A stretch of 64,000 bases of DNA from Alphaproteobacteria bacterium. Lineage in GTDB: Bacteria > Pseudomonadota > Alphaproteobacteria > M2410. The notes below the pieces were generated by a model. It was not told the DNA's origin. It was given only the letters and a program-made list of their open reading frames with translations, and did no database searches. The stretch lies in NCBI GenBank assembly GCA_030614785.1, contig JAUWTJ010000010.1, positions 615 through 64,614 of the forward strand, written 5' to 3'. Shown here one piece after another: positions 1 through 8,505 of the stretch. How positions within the stretch are numbered: the stretch's first letter is position 1; every line of letters starts with the position of its first letter. The position numbers were made by a program, and so were the translations under genes.

Positions 1-1
1 A

Positions 2-172
2 TGGCTGGGGTCTGCAAACGATAACATTTCCACCCTCGTTTTTGGCGGTAATCACGGGATGAAACTTTCCCCGGAAGCTGGCGACCTCACCGCGCAAAAC
101 GAACAAAGGGCGATTGAGGCCGTAGTTCATTGGCTCACCATCCACAATCATGATCTGGACAGCCCACAGTGA
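2..172 (+). CDS. 3' end of a gene entering the window, possibly an alpha/beta hydrolase
   Basis: Open frame from nt 2 to TGA 170-172 (WLGSANDNISTLVFGGNHGMKL...AIEAVVHWL). GGNHGM followed by an amphipathic helix resembles a hydrolase catalytic-His region. Confidence 0.4.
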   Translation, partial: WLGSANDNISTLVFGGNHGMKLSPEAGDLTAQNEQRAIEAVVHWLTIHNHDLDSPQ

Positions 173-220
173 TATGAAATACAAGAATAGTGACCGAAAG
201 CAGCACGGAAAGATTGCGAA

Positions 221-1816
221 GTGGAATATGATTTTATCATTGTTGGAGCTGGCAGCGCCGGATGCGCGCTGGCCAATCGGCTGACGGCCTCTGGCAAGCA
301 CACTGTCCTTCTCCTGGAAGCCGGGATTTCTGATCGCAACCCGGTCCTCCGGATCCCGATGCTGGGCTCGGTTCTGGGCGTCGGCAATCCAAAATACGAC
401 TGGATGTATCAAACAGCGCCCGACCCGACGCGCCAAAACCGCACCGAAATCTGGCCGCGCGGCAAGATGCTCGGCGGCAGCTCTTCCATCAATGGCACCA
501 TCTACGTGCGCGGCGACCGGGACGACTACAACAGCTGGAGCCAGCTTGGCAATCAGGGCTGGTCGTTTGATGATCTTGAACCGGTCTTCAAACGCATGGA
601 ACAGGACCGGATGGATAAAACCGGAGAACATGGCAGTGAAGGCCCAATAAAAATTCGGCCCGTGCAGGGCGCACATGATCTTTCGCAAAAATTCGTCGAG
701 GCCTGCGCTGAGGTCGGTGTGCCGAAAAACCCGGGCTATAACGGCGCGGTCCAGGAAGGCACGGCAATCCTGAACACGACCTCGTCGGGCCGCGTGCGCT
801 ACTCCGCCTCGCAGGCCTATTTGATGCCAGCACGAAAAAGATCAAACCTCACTGTACTGACGGGTGCGCAGGCGACGAGCGTCACCATGGAAGGCAAGCG
901 CGCAACCGGCCTCAAGTTTCGCCGCAAGGGTGCCGTGGAGACGGCAAAGGCGCGCAAGGAAGTCATCCTGTGCGGCGGTTCGATCAATTCCCCCCAGCTC
1001 TTGATGCTGTCCGGCATTGGCCCGGCGCGGCACCTGAGGGACAAGGGCATTGATGTCGTGCATGATCTGTCCGGCGTCGGCGAGAACCTGCATGAACATC
1101 CCTGCCTCACGATGCAAGCCAGCATCAAGGGGCCCGCCCTGAGCGATGATATCGCCAGCATCGGCGGCAAGATGAAAGCCGGGCTGCGCTGGGCCTTGAA
1201 AGGCGAAGGGCCGTTGACCAGTGTGGTTTTTCAGGCCCTGGCTTTCGTCAAGACGTCGCCTGAGCTCTCCTACCCTGATATCCAGGTTCATTTCGCACCA
1301 CTGGGCTATGGCTCTGACGAGAACGGTGTGTTCCTGATGGAAAAGCCGACCATGACCTTCCAGCCCAATGTCAATCGACCGCGCAGCCGGGGCCGCCTGT
1401 CGCTCGCCTCCGGCGATCCCCAGGAGCACCCGATCATCGAGGCCAATATGCTAGCCGATGATTATGACCTTCAAACGCTCGTCACCGCTGGCAAGTTCGT
1501 GCGCACCCACTATGGCACCGATGCGCTGAAAGACCAGATCATCGACGAAAGATTGCCAGGGGCTGAGATCAACACGAACGACGAATGGGAAGGTTTTGTC
1601 CGCAGCGCCGCCGGCCCGACGTTTCACCCCGTCGGAACCTGCAAGATGGGCCCTGATGCCATGGCCGTCGTCGGCGCAGATCTGAAAGTCCACGGCGTGG
1701 AGGGCCTTCGCGTCGCCGACGGCTCGATCATGCCCCAGGTCGTCAGCGGCAATACAAATGCTGCCTGCATGATGATCGGAGAAAAGGCTGGCGATCTGAT
1801 CCTCAAGGGGGCGTGA
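221..1816 (+). CDS. GMC oxidoreductase (choline/alcohol dehydrogenase, AlkJ-like)
   Basis: YDFIIVGAGSAG FAD motif, WPRGKMLGGSSSING, C-terminal HPVGTCKMG and GNTNA. Confidence 0.93.
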   Translation: MEYDFIIVGAGSAGCALANRLTASGKHTVLLLEAGISDRNPVLRIPMLGSVLGVGNPKYDWMYQTAPDPTRQNRTEIWPRGKMLGGSSSINGTIYVRGDRDDYNSWSQLGNQGWSFDDLEPVFKRMEQDRMDKTGEHGSEGPIKIRPVQGAHDLSQKFVEACAEVGVPKNPGYNGAVQEGTAILNTTSSGRVRYSASQAYLMPARKRSNLTVLTGAQATSVTMEGKRATGLKFRRKGAVETAKARKEVILCGGSINSPQLLMLSGIGPARHLRDKGIDVVHDLSGVGENLHEHPCLTMQASIKGPALSDDIASIGGKMKAGLRWALKGEGPLTSVVFQALAFVKTSPELSYPDIQVHFAPLGYGSDENGVFLMEKPTMTFQPNVNRPRSRGRLSLASGDPQEHPIIEANMLADDYDLQTLVTAGKFVRTHYGTDALKDQIIDERLPGAEINTNDEWEGFVRSAAGPTFHPVGTCKMGPDAMAVVGADLKVHGVEGLRVADGSIMPQVVSGNTNAACMMIGEKAGDLILKGA

Positions 1817-1843
1817 TCAGTCCCTCAGCCATTGATGGCGAAT

Positions 1844-3022
1844 TTAACCTTCGTCTCCGGACAACAAAACCCCTGCACTGACAAGACCGCTGATTTCACC
1901 CTCATCCATAGCAATCCAGTCCTTGAGCGCAGCAACATTGTGTTCACCGCGGCGCGGGGCGCGCGAGGCACTGGTGATGCCGCTTTTGGCGTCCGAAAAC
2001 CTGTAGGGTGACTGGGTCGTGCGCCGTTTTTTACCTTCGCTGTCTTCGACCTCGACAAAGACGCCGCGCGCCTCGATGCTTGGCTGGGCAAACGACTCCT
2101 CGCCAAAATCGCGCACATCGCCCCAGGCAATGTTGACCTCGTCGAGTTTCGCCTTGAGCGCCAGGGCGCTCGGGAAGCTCATAATGTGGTCGGCAATTGC
2201 GCCCTGCCGCAAGGCAATCTTGGCCTCAAGGTCGGCGCCCTCTGGCATCTCAACGGTGAGCCCGTCCCGGTTGGAGAACACGTGCCAGAGCCATTTGATA
2301 TCACCGGCCAGGAATATTCGTTTTCCTTCCGGCGCATCCCAGACGAAGTTCTTGTTGTTCTGAGGCCAGACATCATCAAGCCCGTAGTTGGCAAAATCAT
2401 CTGTGGCATGCAGGGCATTGAGCATCGCCATATCAATATGCTGCCCCGTGCCCGTTCGGTCTGCCATTCTGAGAGCGGCAAAAACACCGACAAGCCCGTG
2501 CAGCGATGTGTAACTGTCACCGAGCGAAAACTGGATATCGGTTGGATGTCCGCCCGCGATCTCCGCCTGGCGCGCCTGAAGCCCCGTCTCGGCATGCAAG
2601 ACACCGGCATAGGCCGCCCGGTCCCGCTCCGGCCCGACCTGACCAAAGCCGGAAATCGACAGCATGACCAGCTTTGGATTGACCGCGCTCAGATCTTTCC
2701 AGCCAACGCCAAACCGGTCCATAATCCCGGGCCTGAAATTCTCAACGACGACATCGGCCTCCGCCACAAGCTTGTGAACCAGCGCGCGCGCGCCGTCTGC
2801 TTTGAGATCGAGGCAAATAGTGCGCGTGCCAATGTTCTGCTGCAAATAATAACCGGACATCTCACCGCTTCTGAGGCCGAAGTGCCGGGTGGTATCGCCT
2901 TCCGGCGGCTCGATTTTCAGAACGTCGGCGCCGAGGTCCGACAACATGCGCGTCGCAAACGGCCCGGCCAGAACCCGTGAAAAATCAAGGACCTTAAGTC
3001 CGCTGAGTGGATAGTCTTGCAT
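1844..3022 (-). CDS. CaiB/BaiF family III CoA-transferase
   Basis: LSGLKVLDFSRVLAGPFATRMLSDLGADVLKIE, ENFRPG, catalytic-Asp region SLGDSYT. Start set at MQDY (3022). Confidence 0.9.
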   Translation of the reverse strand: MQDYPLSGLKVLDFSRVLAGPFATRMLSDLGADVLKIEPPEGDTTRHFGLRSGEMSGYYLQQNIGTRTICLDLKADGARALVHKLVAEADVVVENFRPGIMDRFGVGWKDLSAVNPKLVMLSISGFGQVGPERDRAAYAGVLHAETGLQARQAEIAGGHPTDIQFSLGDSYTSLHGLVGVFAALRMADRTGTGQHIDMAMLNALHATDDFANYGLDDVWPQNNKNFVWDAPEGKRIFLAGDIKWLWHVFSNRDGLTVEMPEGADLEAKIALRQGAIADHIMSFPSALALKAKLDEVNIAWGDVRDFGEESFAQPSIEARGVFVEVEDSEGKKRRTTQSPYRFSDAKSGITSASRAPRRGEHNVAALKDWIAMDEGEISGLVSAGVLLSGDEG

Positions 3023-3112
3023 TGGTGACACCTTCCCTTGCCCCAAGAAAGACCAGCCTGCGGCCCGGTGTCAACAACAGAACGCAGAACCTCCCAGGGG
3101 AAGCCGCAGGCC

Positions 3113-4510
3113 TCACCCTTCAATCGGCTGAAACCGGGCCTGGAAAAATCGCAGGTATTCAGGCTCGTAGATCATTTCAAGCCCGCGGATTTCGGTGCGG
3201 CGCTCAAAGACATCGAGGATCGTTTCTGCAACGACATCCATATGCGCCTGCGTATAGACACGCCGTGGCAGCGTCAGCCTGACCAGCTCCAGTTTCGGGT
3301 GGCGATTTTCACCGGTTTCAGGATCGCGCCCCGCCGAGACATTGCCGCGCTCCATCGCGCGAATGCCGGCCTCCTTGTAGATCTCGGCCGCCAGCGCCTG
3401 CGCCGGGTACTGATCCTGATCAAGGTGTGGCAGGAAGGCCCGGGCATCGATAAAGATCGCGTGGGCCCCGATCGGCTTCACAATGGGCACCCCGGCGCTT
3501 TCGAGCATTTCGCCCAGATAGTAAACCTGTCCGATGCGCGCCGCTTGATGGGCTTCCTCAACACTCTCCCTGATGCCCTGGGCCATGGCCTCCATGTCCC
3601 GTCCGGCCAGGCCGCCATAGGTATGCAGACCCTCATAAACGACCACAAGGTTTTGCGCCTTGAGATAAATCTCCTCACTGTTGCAGGCAAAGAACCCGCC
3701 AATATTAACCAGAGAATCTTTCTTGGCCGACATGGTGCAGCCATCCGTCAGATTGCAAATCTCAAGCAGGATCTGTTTGACGCTCTTGTCGCCCCACCCC
3801 TCTTCGCGCTGCTGGATAAACCAGGCATTCTCCACCGTGCGCGTCGCATCAAGCATAATGAGAATGTCGTGCTTCCGGCAAAAGGCATGCAGGTCGTGCA
3901 GATTTTGCATCGAGAACGGTTGCCCCCCGGCCATATTCACATTGCCCTCCAGGGAGATATAGGGAATGTGATCAGCGCCCACGTCGCTGACCAGTTGTTC
4001 AAGCTTGCGCAGATCCACATTGCCCTTGAACGGAAATGTGCTGCCCGGCACATGCGCCTCGTCAACAATGACATCAACGAACTGTCCGCCGGAAAGCTCC
4101 TGGTGCAACCGGGTCGTGGTGAAATACATGTTGCCTGGAATAAAATCTCCTGGCCTGATGAGAATTTGCGACATCAGATTTTCCGCGCCGCGGCCCTGAT
4201 GCGTCGGCACCAGATATTTGTAGCCGTAATGTTCCTGTACAGACTCAACCAGATTGTAAAAATTCTCGCTGCCGGAATAGGCCTCATCACCAAGCATCAG
4301 AGCGGCCCATTGCCGGTCGCTCATGGCAGAGGTTCCGCTGTCGGTCAGAAGGTCAATGTAAACCTCCCGGCTGCGCAGCAGAAACGTATTATATCCGGCT
4401 TCCAACAGGGCGGCCTCGCGTTCCTCCCGCGTCGTCATATGCAGGAGTTCAACAGTTTTGATCTTGTAGGGCTCGGCCCAGCTGCGCCGTACCCGTGCTG
4501 GATTGGTCAT
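3113..4510 (-). CDS. tpl: Tyrosine phenol-lyase
   Basis: IDLLTDSGT, GDEAY, PTHQGRGAEN, SAKKD (PLP Lys). TPL-specific residues present: YFTTTR (T124), MERG (R381), LRFF (F448); tryptophanase has D, I and H at these positions. Confidence 0.88.
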   Translation of the reverse strand: MTNPARVRRSWAEPYKIKTVELLHMTTREEREAALLEAGYNTFLLRSREVYIDLLTDSGTSAMSDRQWAALMLGDEAYSGSENFYNLVESVQEHYGYKYLVPTHQGRGAENLMSQILIRPGDFIPGNMYFTTTRLHQELSGGQFVDVIVDEAHVPGSTFPFKGNVDLRKLEQLVSDVGADHIPYISLEGNVNMAGGQPFSMQNLHDLHAFCRKHDILIMLDATRTVENAWFIQQREEGWGDKSVKQILLEICNLTDGCTMSAKKDSLVNIGGFFACNSEEIYLKAQNLVVVYEGLHTYGGLAGRDMEAMAQGIRESVEEAHQAARIGQVYYLGEMLESAGVPIVKPIGAHAIFIDARAFLPHLDQDQYPAQALAAEIYKEAGIRAMERGNVSAGRDPETGENRHPKLELVRLTLPRRVYTQAHMDVVAETILDVFERRTEIRGLEMIYEPEYLRFFQARFQPIEG

Positions 4511-4624
4511 GGTGGTCTCACTTTGCGGATCTGTTTGCGGTCAACATCACAAAGAGATTATTGCAAGACAGGGAAGTTTTCAGTTCTCATTACTTGTTTT
4601 TGGGTGCAATATTGGATACTATAC

Positions 4625-4647
4625 TCCAGATATCTCTTAAATCTGGA
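4625..4647. promoter_or_regulatory. Inverted repeat TCCAGAT-N9-ATCTGGA in the AT-rich tpl/Lrp divergent intergenic region
   Basis: 7-bp perfect arms just upstream of the Lrp GTG start; candidate operator. Confidence 0.3.
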
Positions 4648-4655
4648 ATAAACCT

Positions 4656-5132
4656 GTGTCGCTAAAATTGACCAGATCCGACCTGTTGCTGCTCGACGCC
4701 CTGCAGTGCGATGCCTCCAGATCCCAACAGGAGCTCGCCGATATCGCGGGCATTTCGAAGACCTCATGCTGGCGCCGCATGCGCGAACTGGAAGATGCGA
4801 GGGTCATTACCAAACGGACAGTGCTTCTTGATCCGGAAAAACTTGACCTGACCGTGCAGGTACTCGTCAGCGTCTCCATGATCGCGCACGAAGATTCCAT
4901 CCGCCGCGCCTTCGAGGTCCATGTCGAGGATCTGAGCGAGGTTACTGAATGCTATTCAATATCCGGCGACTGGGATTACATCCTCCACGTCGTCACCGAC
5001 AGCATCGCGACATACAATCAGTTCCTCAACAAATGCCTGCTGGGACATAAGTCTGTCAGATCTGCAAGCTCAAGCTTCTCACTGCGCCAGGTTAAATACA
5101 CCACCCGACTGCCGGTTCGGATGCATCTGTAA
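4656..5132 (+). CDS. Lrp/AsnC family transcriptional regulator
   Basis: LQCDASRSQQELADIAGISKTSCWRRMRELE HTH; ECYSISGDWDYILHV RAM domain; divergent from tpl. Confidence 0.93.
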   Translation: MSLKLTRSDLLLLDALQCDASRSQQELADIAGISKTSCWRRMRELEDARVITKRTVLLDPEKLDLTVQVLVSVSMIAHEDSIRRAFEVHVEDLSEVTECYSISGDWDYILHVVTDSIATYNQFLNKCLLGHKSVRSASSSFSLRQVKYTTRLPVRMHL

Positions 5133-5189
5133 AACCGATCTTGCGCACCGATCCTTCGAGCACATAACCGTGCCACAACTTGCAATCCG

Positions 5190-6905
5190 TTACGATATAA
5201 ACTCAGCCAGTAACGCTTTCCATTCAGCATAATAGAAATAGTGACCCCAATCATCGCGGATGGTGGTCGTGCAGTTCGGAATGAGATTGGACAGGGCATC
5301 GGCATGTTCAGGATGGCAATAGTGGTCTTGCCGGCCGTGCCAGAGAAACGTCGGTGCAGAAATTTCAGAAACAGAAAACCCCCAGGGCCTGGAGACCATG
5401 ATGAGGTCTTCAGTGAGAGCAGACGTCGGAATTTCGCCTGCCTCCCTGAGGTTTCTAAGGCAAATCCTGTGAATTTCCGGATCATTCAACAGAGCCTTGT
5501 CAGCCTCGCTGCCTCTTGTCGCAAAATCCTTCATGGCGTCTTCAGGCACCTCATACATCCGGCGATACCGGATTTCCAGCAAGGCTCTTGCCCCTTTTGG
5601 CCAGTGCCGCGCCATTGAGGTGAAAAACTTTTTTGGCAAAGTGTCACTCGCTGCGTCCGGCAGTTCATCGACAGGCGCTGACGACGCCACAAGGCCGAGC
5701 CTCGTAACCCGTTCCGGGAACCAGGCAGCACAAGCCATAGCGTGAGGCCCGCCTCCGGAAATGCCAATGACAGAAAATCGGGCAACTTCAAGTCTGTCGG
5801 CCAGTTCAGCCATGTCCCTTGACCAATCTTGCAGGGTTTGCCCTGCGTGGGGTGATGATCCTCCTACACCCGGGCGCTCGGGAACGATCAACCGGATGTT
5901 GAGGTCTTCCAGCAGCGCCTCGTCATCTTCCCTCTCCGTGCGCAACCCGTAAAGTTGATGGATCAGAATGACCGGGCTGCCATGTCGCGGTCCAAAGTCG
6001 CCATAGCTCAGAAATCGGCCATCCCGAAGTGTCATTTGCTGCCCAAGACCAAGGTAGGAGTCTTCTGGTTTCCCAGCCTCCATCTTGTCTGTTTTGAGCA
6101 GGCGCATCCACATGGCAGGGCCGCTCAAGACAAGAGAAACAAGCTCACCCTGCCGACGAGAGCCGGTTTTCGTATAGACTTGTTTAATTTGGGTACGAAC
6201 GGTGTTGATCGAAATTTTCTTCCGGGTAGAGATTTCTTCCAGCGACATTCCCTGAATCAAATAGGCGACAACCTCTGCTTCAGACCGTGTCAAACCATGG
6301 GCTTCCATCAGGATGGGTGATATCTCGTCATTATTGTGAAGTCCGAAATTGAAGAAAAGTGCTGCATGAAACTCGCCATCCCCGGAGAGCCCCCTTGGCA
6401 AGGGGGCAATGAGGATCACCCCGAAACCATCGGCTTGACCAGAATGTGCCAAAGCTGCGCTTTGTCCGGTCTTGAGGACGTTAGACAGCGTTGACTGCAG
6501 GTTTTCTCGAAAGTCCATGTCGTCGGAGGTCAGGAAACGCCCATGCCGGCCGAGCAGCGAACCGCTTTCCAGGTAGCCTTCAGCCGCCGTCGTCATACTG
6601 ACAATTTCCAGATCGTCTCCAACAATGACAACAGGCAAGGGCAGATCTTGCAACTTGAGTGCTCGAAACTTCTCTTTTTCTTCGCTGGTCGAGCGCAAGG
6701 CTTCATATTCGAGAGCCTGTTCCAGATAGGGTAAAATCGGCTCGAGATCTGCCTTGTCAAAGGTCTGCGCAGCAATCCGGTGTGCCGCAGTGCCACCGGA
6801 AACAACAAGGGCCTGTTCCGAGAGGCCGATCCAGGATTTTGGCGCGAAGATACTTTCATCAAATAGAGCGACAACCGCAGCGGTGTCCAGTTTGGTGTCT
6901 TTCAT
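5190..6905 (-). CDS. PAS-like + LuxR-type HTH + C-terminal alpha/beta hydrolase fusion protein
   Basis: LPLPVVIVGDDLEIVSMTTAAE (PAS-like); GLTRSEAEVVAYLIQGMSLEEIS...TVRTQIKQVYTKTGSRRQGEL (LuxR HTH); GISGG nucleophile elbow, GRQD and WGHY. Start placed at MKDT (6905); the ORF extends to 6947. Confidence 0.85.
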   Translation of the reverse strand: MKDTKLDTAAVVALFDESIFAPKSWIGLSEQALVVSGGTAAHRIAAQTFDKADLEPILPYLEQALEYEALRSTSEEKEKFRALKLQDLPLPVVIVGDDLEIVSMTTAAEGYLESGSLLGRHGRFLTSDDMDFRENLQSTLSNVLKTGQSAALAHSGQADGFGVILIAPLPRGLSGDGEFHAALFFNFGLHNNDEISPILMEAHGLTRSEAEVVAYLIQGMSLEEISTRKKISINTVRTQIKQVYTKTGSRRQGELVSLVLSGPAMWMRLLKTDKMEAGKPEDSYLGLGQQMTLRDGRFLSYGDFGPRHGSPVILIHQLYGLRTEREDDEALLEDLNIRLIVPERPGVGGSSPHAGQTLQDWSRDMAELADRLEVARFSVIGISGGGPHAMACAAWFPERVTRLGLVASSAPVDELPDAASDTLPKKFFTSMARHWPKGARALLEIRYRRMYEVPEDAMKDFATRGSEADKALLNDPEIHRICLRNLREAGEIPTSALTEDLIMVSRPWGFSVSEISAPTFLWHGRQDHYCHPEHADALSNLIPNCTTTIRDDWGHYFYYAEWKALLAEFIS

Positions 6906-6944
6906 TTCTTGTGCACCCCCCAAACCCACATCGTATTGGTGCAC

Positions 6945-6990
6945 CATACACCATATGGGTGATGTGGCTACTATTTGGAATAATTATAAT
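6945..6990 (+). promoter_or_regulatory. 20-bp quasi-palindromic box CATACACCATATGGGTGATG (copy 1) plus TATAAT -10
   Basis: Box 6945-6964 is identical to 7227-7246. TATAAT lies at 6985-6990, 40 nt from the box start. Confidence 0.65.
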
Positions 6991-7226
6991 GCGGGTGTAG
7001 GCCGCAGTGGTAGCAGGCTCGCTTTGCCAAAAATCCGCAGAGGGAACTCGAAGATGAACCCCTGAAGTGGCCAAAAGGACAACAAGGCCATGGCCGTCGA
7101 CGGCGTGAACGTGTGGTAGAGGGGAGTGTTCAGTCGTCCGGATTGGCAGGTGTGGTGAGTACAGCGGCAGCCCCGGATGAAGTCCCGAGAGGCAATCAGC
7201 TCAGAGAAGTTAAACAATCTGACCTG

Positions 7227-7272
7227 CATACACCATATGGGTGATGACAGCCTGAATGGCCCCGCCTACGGT
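7227..7272 (+). promoter_or_regulatory. 20-bp box (copy 2) plus TACGGT -10-like hexamer
   Basis: Exact copy of box 1, with a TAnnnT hexamer at the same 40-nt offset (7267-7272), upstream of the PEP-CTERM ATG at 7336. Confidence 0.6.
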
Positions 7273-7335
7273 GGCGCGAGAAGTGTTATGCAGCTGGGTG
7301 GCTGTATTTGGAAATGGATATCCGGGGGATTCAAG

Positions 7336-8049
7336 ATGAAATTCGGTAACAAGGTGATGGCGGCTGCAGTCGTCGCGGCGATGACGGGCATTTCGGCTCA
7401 AGCAACGGTGATTGATCAGGGCGACATAACGCTTGATCAGAACACAGGATATCAATGGCTGGACCTATCGTTCACTGTCGGCCAGAGCTACAACTATGCA
7501 CTGGGCATTGCCGATAGCCAGTTTGGCGGCGGATGGGTCGTTGCAACAAGTGCCGAGGTCCTGGCCTTCTGGACCAGCGCCACCGGCATTACATCCTGGC
7601 CCGGCCTTACATGGACGTCCGGCTTGGACGCTGCAACTTCGACACTAGGGGCGCTGGTTGGCTATACTTATGAATTTAACTATGAGTATTCTCCGGGCCT
7701 CTTCAACACAGGCAAACAAATCATCGGATATCACTCAGGATTGATCAATGTCGATGAGACCAATGCCGGGTCGCTCGGTTTGATCGTCAACGCAAATCAG
7801 CCCGGCCAAGGGTACGTGGAATACAAGTCGAACTATTACGGTCCATACGGCAGTGCTGCGAATCGAGGTACGTGGCTTATTCGTGGCGACAATATTCGCC
7901 CCCAGGCGCCTTCCGGAGACATCGATCCTGATGCCGTCCCCGAACCCTCCACCCTCGGACTATTCGGTGCAGGCTTTATGTCCCTCGGCTTCATCGGCTA
8001 TGGGCGTCGCCGGCGGCAACGTCGTTCTGCATCTTTCGTAACCCTCTGA
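7336..8049 (+). CDS. PEP-CTERM sorting domain surface protein
   Basis: Signal peptide MKFGNKVMAAAVVAAMTGISAQA; C-terminal VPEPSTLGLFGAGFMSLGFIGYGRRRRQRR (PEP, TM helix, Arg cluster). Confidence 0.88.
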   Translation: MKFGNKVMAAAVVAAMTGISAQATVIDQGDITLDQNTGYQWLDLSFTVGQSYNYALGIADSQFGGGWVVATSAEVLAFWTSATGITSWPGLTWTSGLDAATSTLGALVGYTYEFNYEYSPGLFNTGKQIIGYHSGLINVDETNAGSLGLIVNANQPGQGYVEYKSNYYGPYGSAANRGTWLIRGDNIRPQAPSGDIDPDAVPEPSTLGLFGAGFMSLGFIGYGRRRRQRRSASFVTL

Positions 8050-8210
8050 ACCATAAGAGGGCGATCAAGAGCCTCAAGGACAAGGTCACTGTGAGTATCA
8101 CCCTTGGTCTCCGCTGTGTACTGGCCAACACGCATTTGTGTACCGGTCACACGGAAAACTTCAGGGGAACATCAAGGAAATCAAAGGGTTAGTCAAGGAA
8201 AAGTCTTGAG

Positions 8211-8403
8211 ATCTGGTGGTGGGTGCAGTCAGCTGCGAACCCATCTCCGGCGGATTTCCCTGTTTTACAGGGAATTAACAGGGAATTTTGTCGAAATTGG
8301 ACCAATCGGTCGCAGGATCGGTTCTGAAATGCGCAAGATCCCGCACCTTCAAGCCCAAATTCCCTAAAACTTTAACAAGGTAATTTCCTGCAGGAACAGG
8401 GAA
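8211..8403. repeat. Degenerate tRNA-3'-end-like sequence followed by ACAGGGAA/TTCCCT boxes (att-like element end)
   Basis: ATCTGGTGG at 8211; TGGTGG-N13-CGAACC at 8217-8241; TTCCCTGT-TTT-ACAGGGAA hairpin at 8256-8274; further ACAGGGAA at 8278 and 8396. Confidence 0.45.
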
Positions 8404-8505
8404 GCTTATTCGCACATCAGTAAGCGTTCAGGGAACGCACACTTGTTTTGTGACGCGTGGTTCTGATCTTTTGTTCCTTTCATTTTCACATGAGAGGAGA
8501 GCAAA

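Noticed and set aside
3113-4510. Tryptophanase (tnaA) call
   Set aside because: Diagnostic residues FTTTR, MERG and LRFF match TPL.
3038-4651. 537-aa plus-strand ORF
   Set aside because: Antisense shadow of tpl with no recognisable motifs.
7177-7335. N-terminal extension of the PEP-CTERM ORF
   Set aside because: It overlaps operator box 2; the signal peptide starts at 7336.
8104-8367. 87-aa ORF
   Set aside because: It spans the non-coding att-like repeats and shows no protein features.
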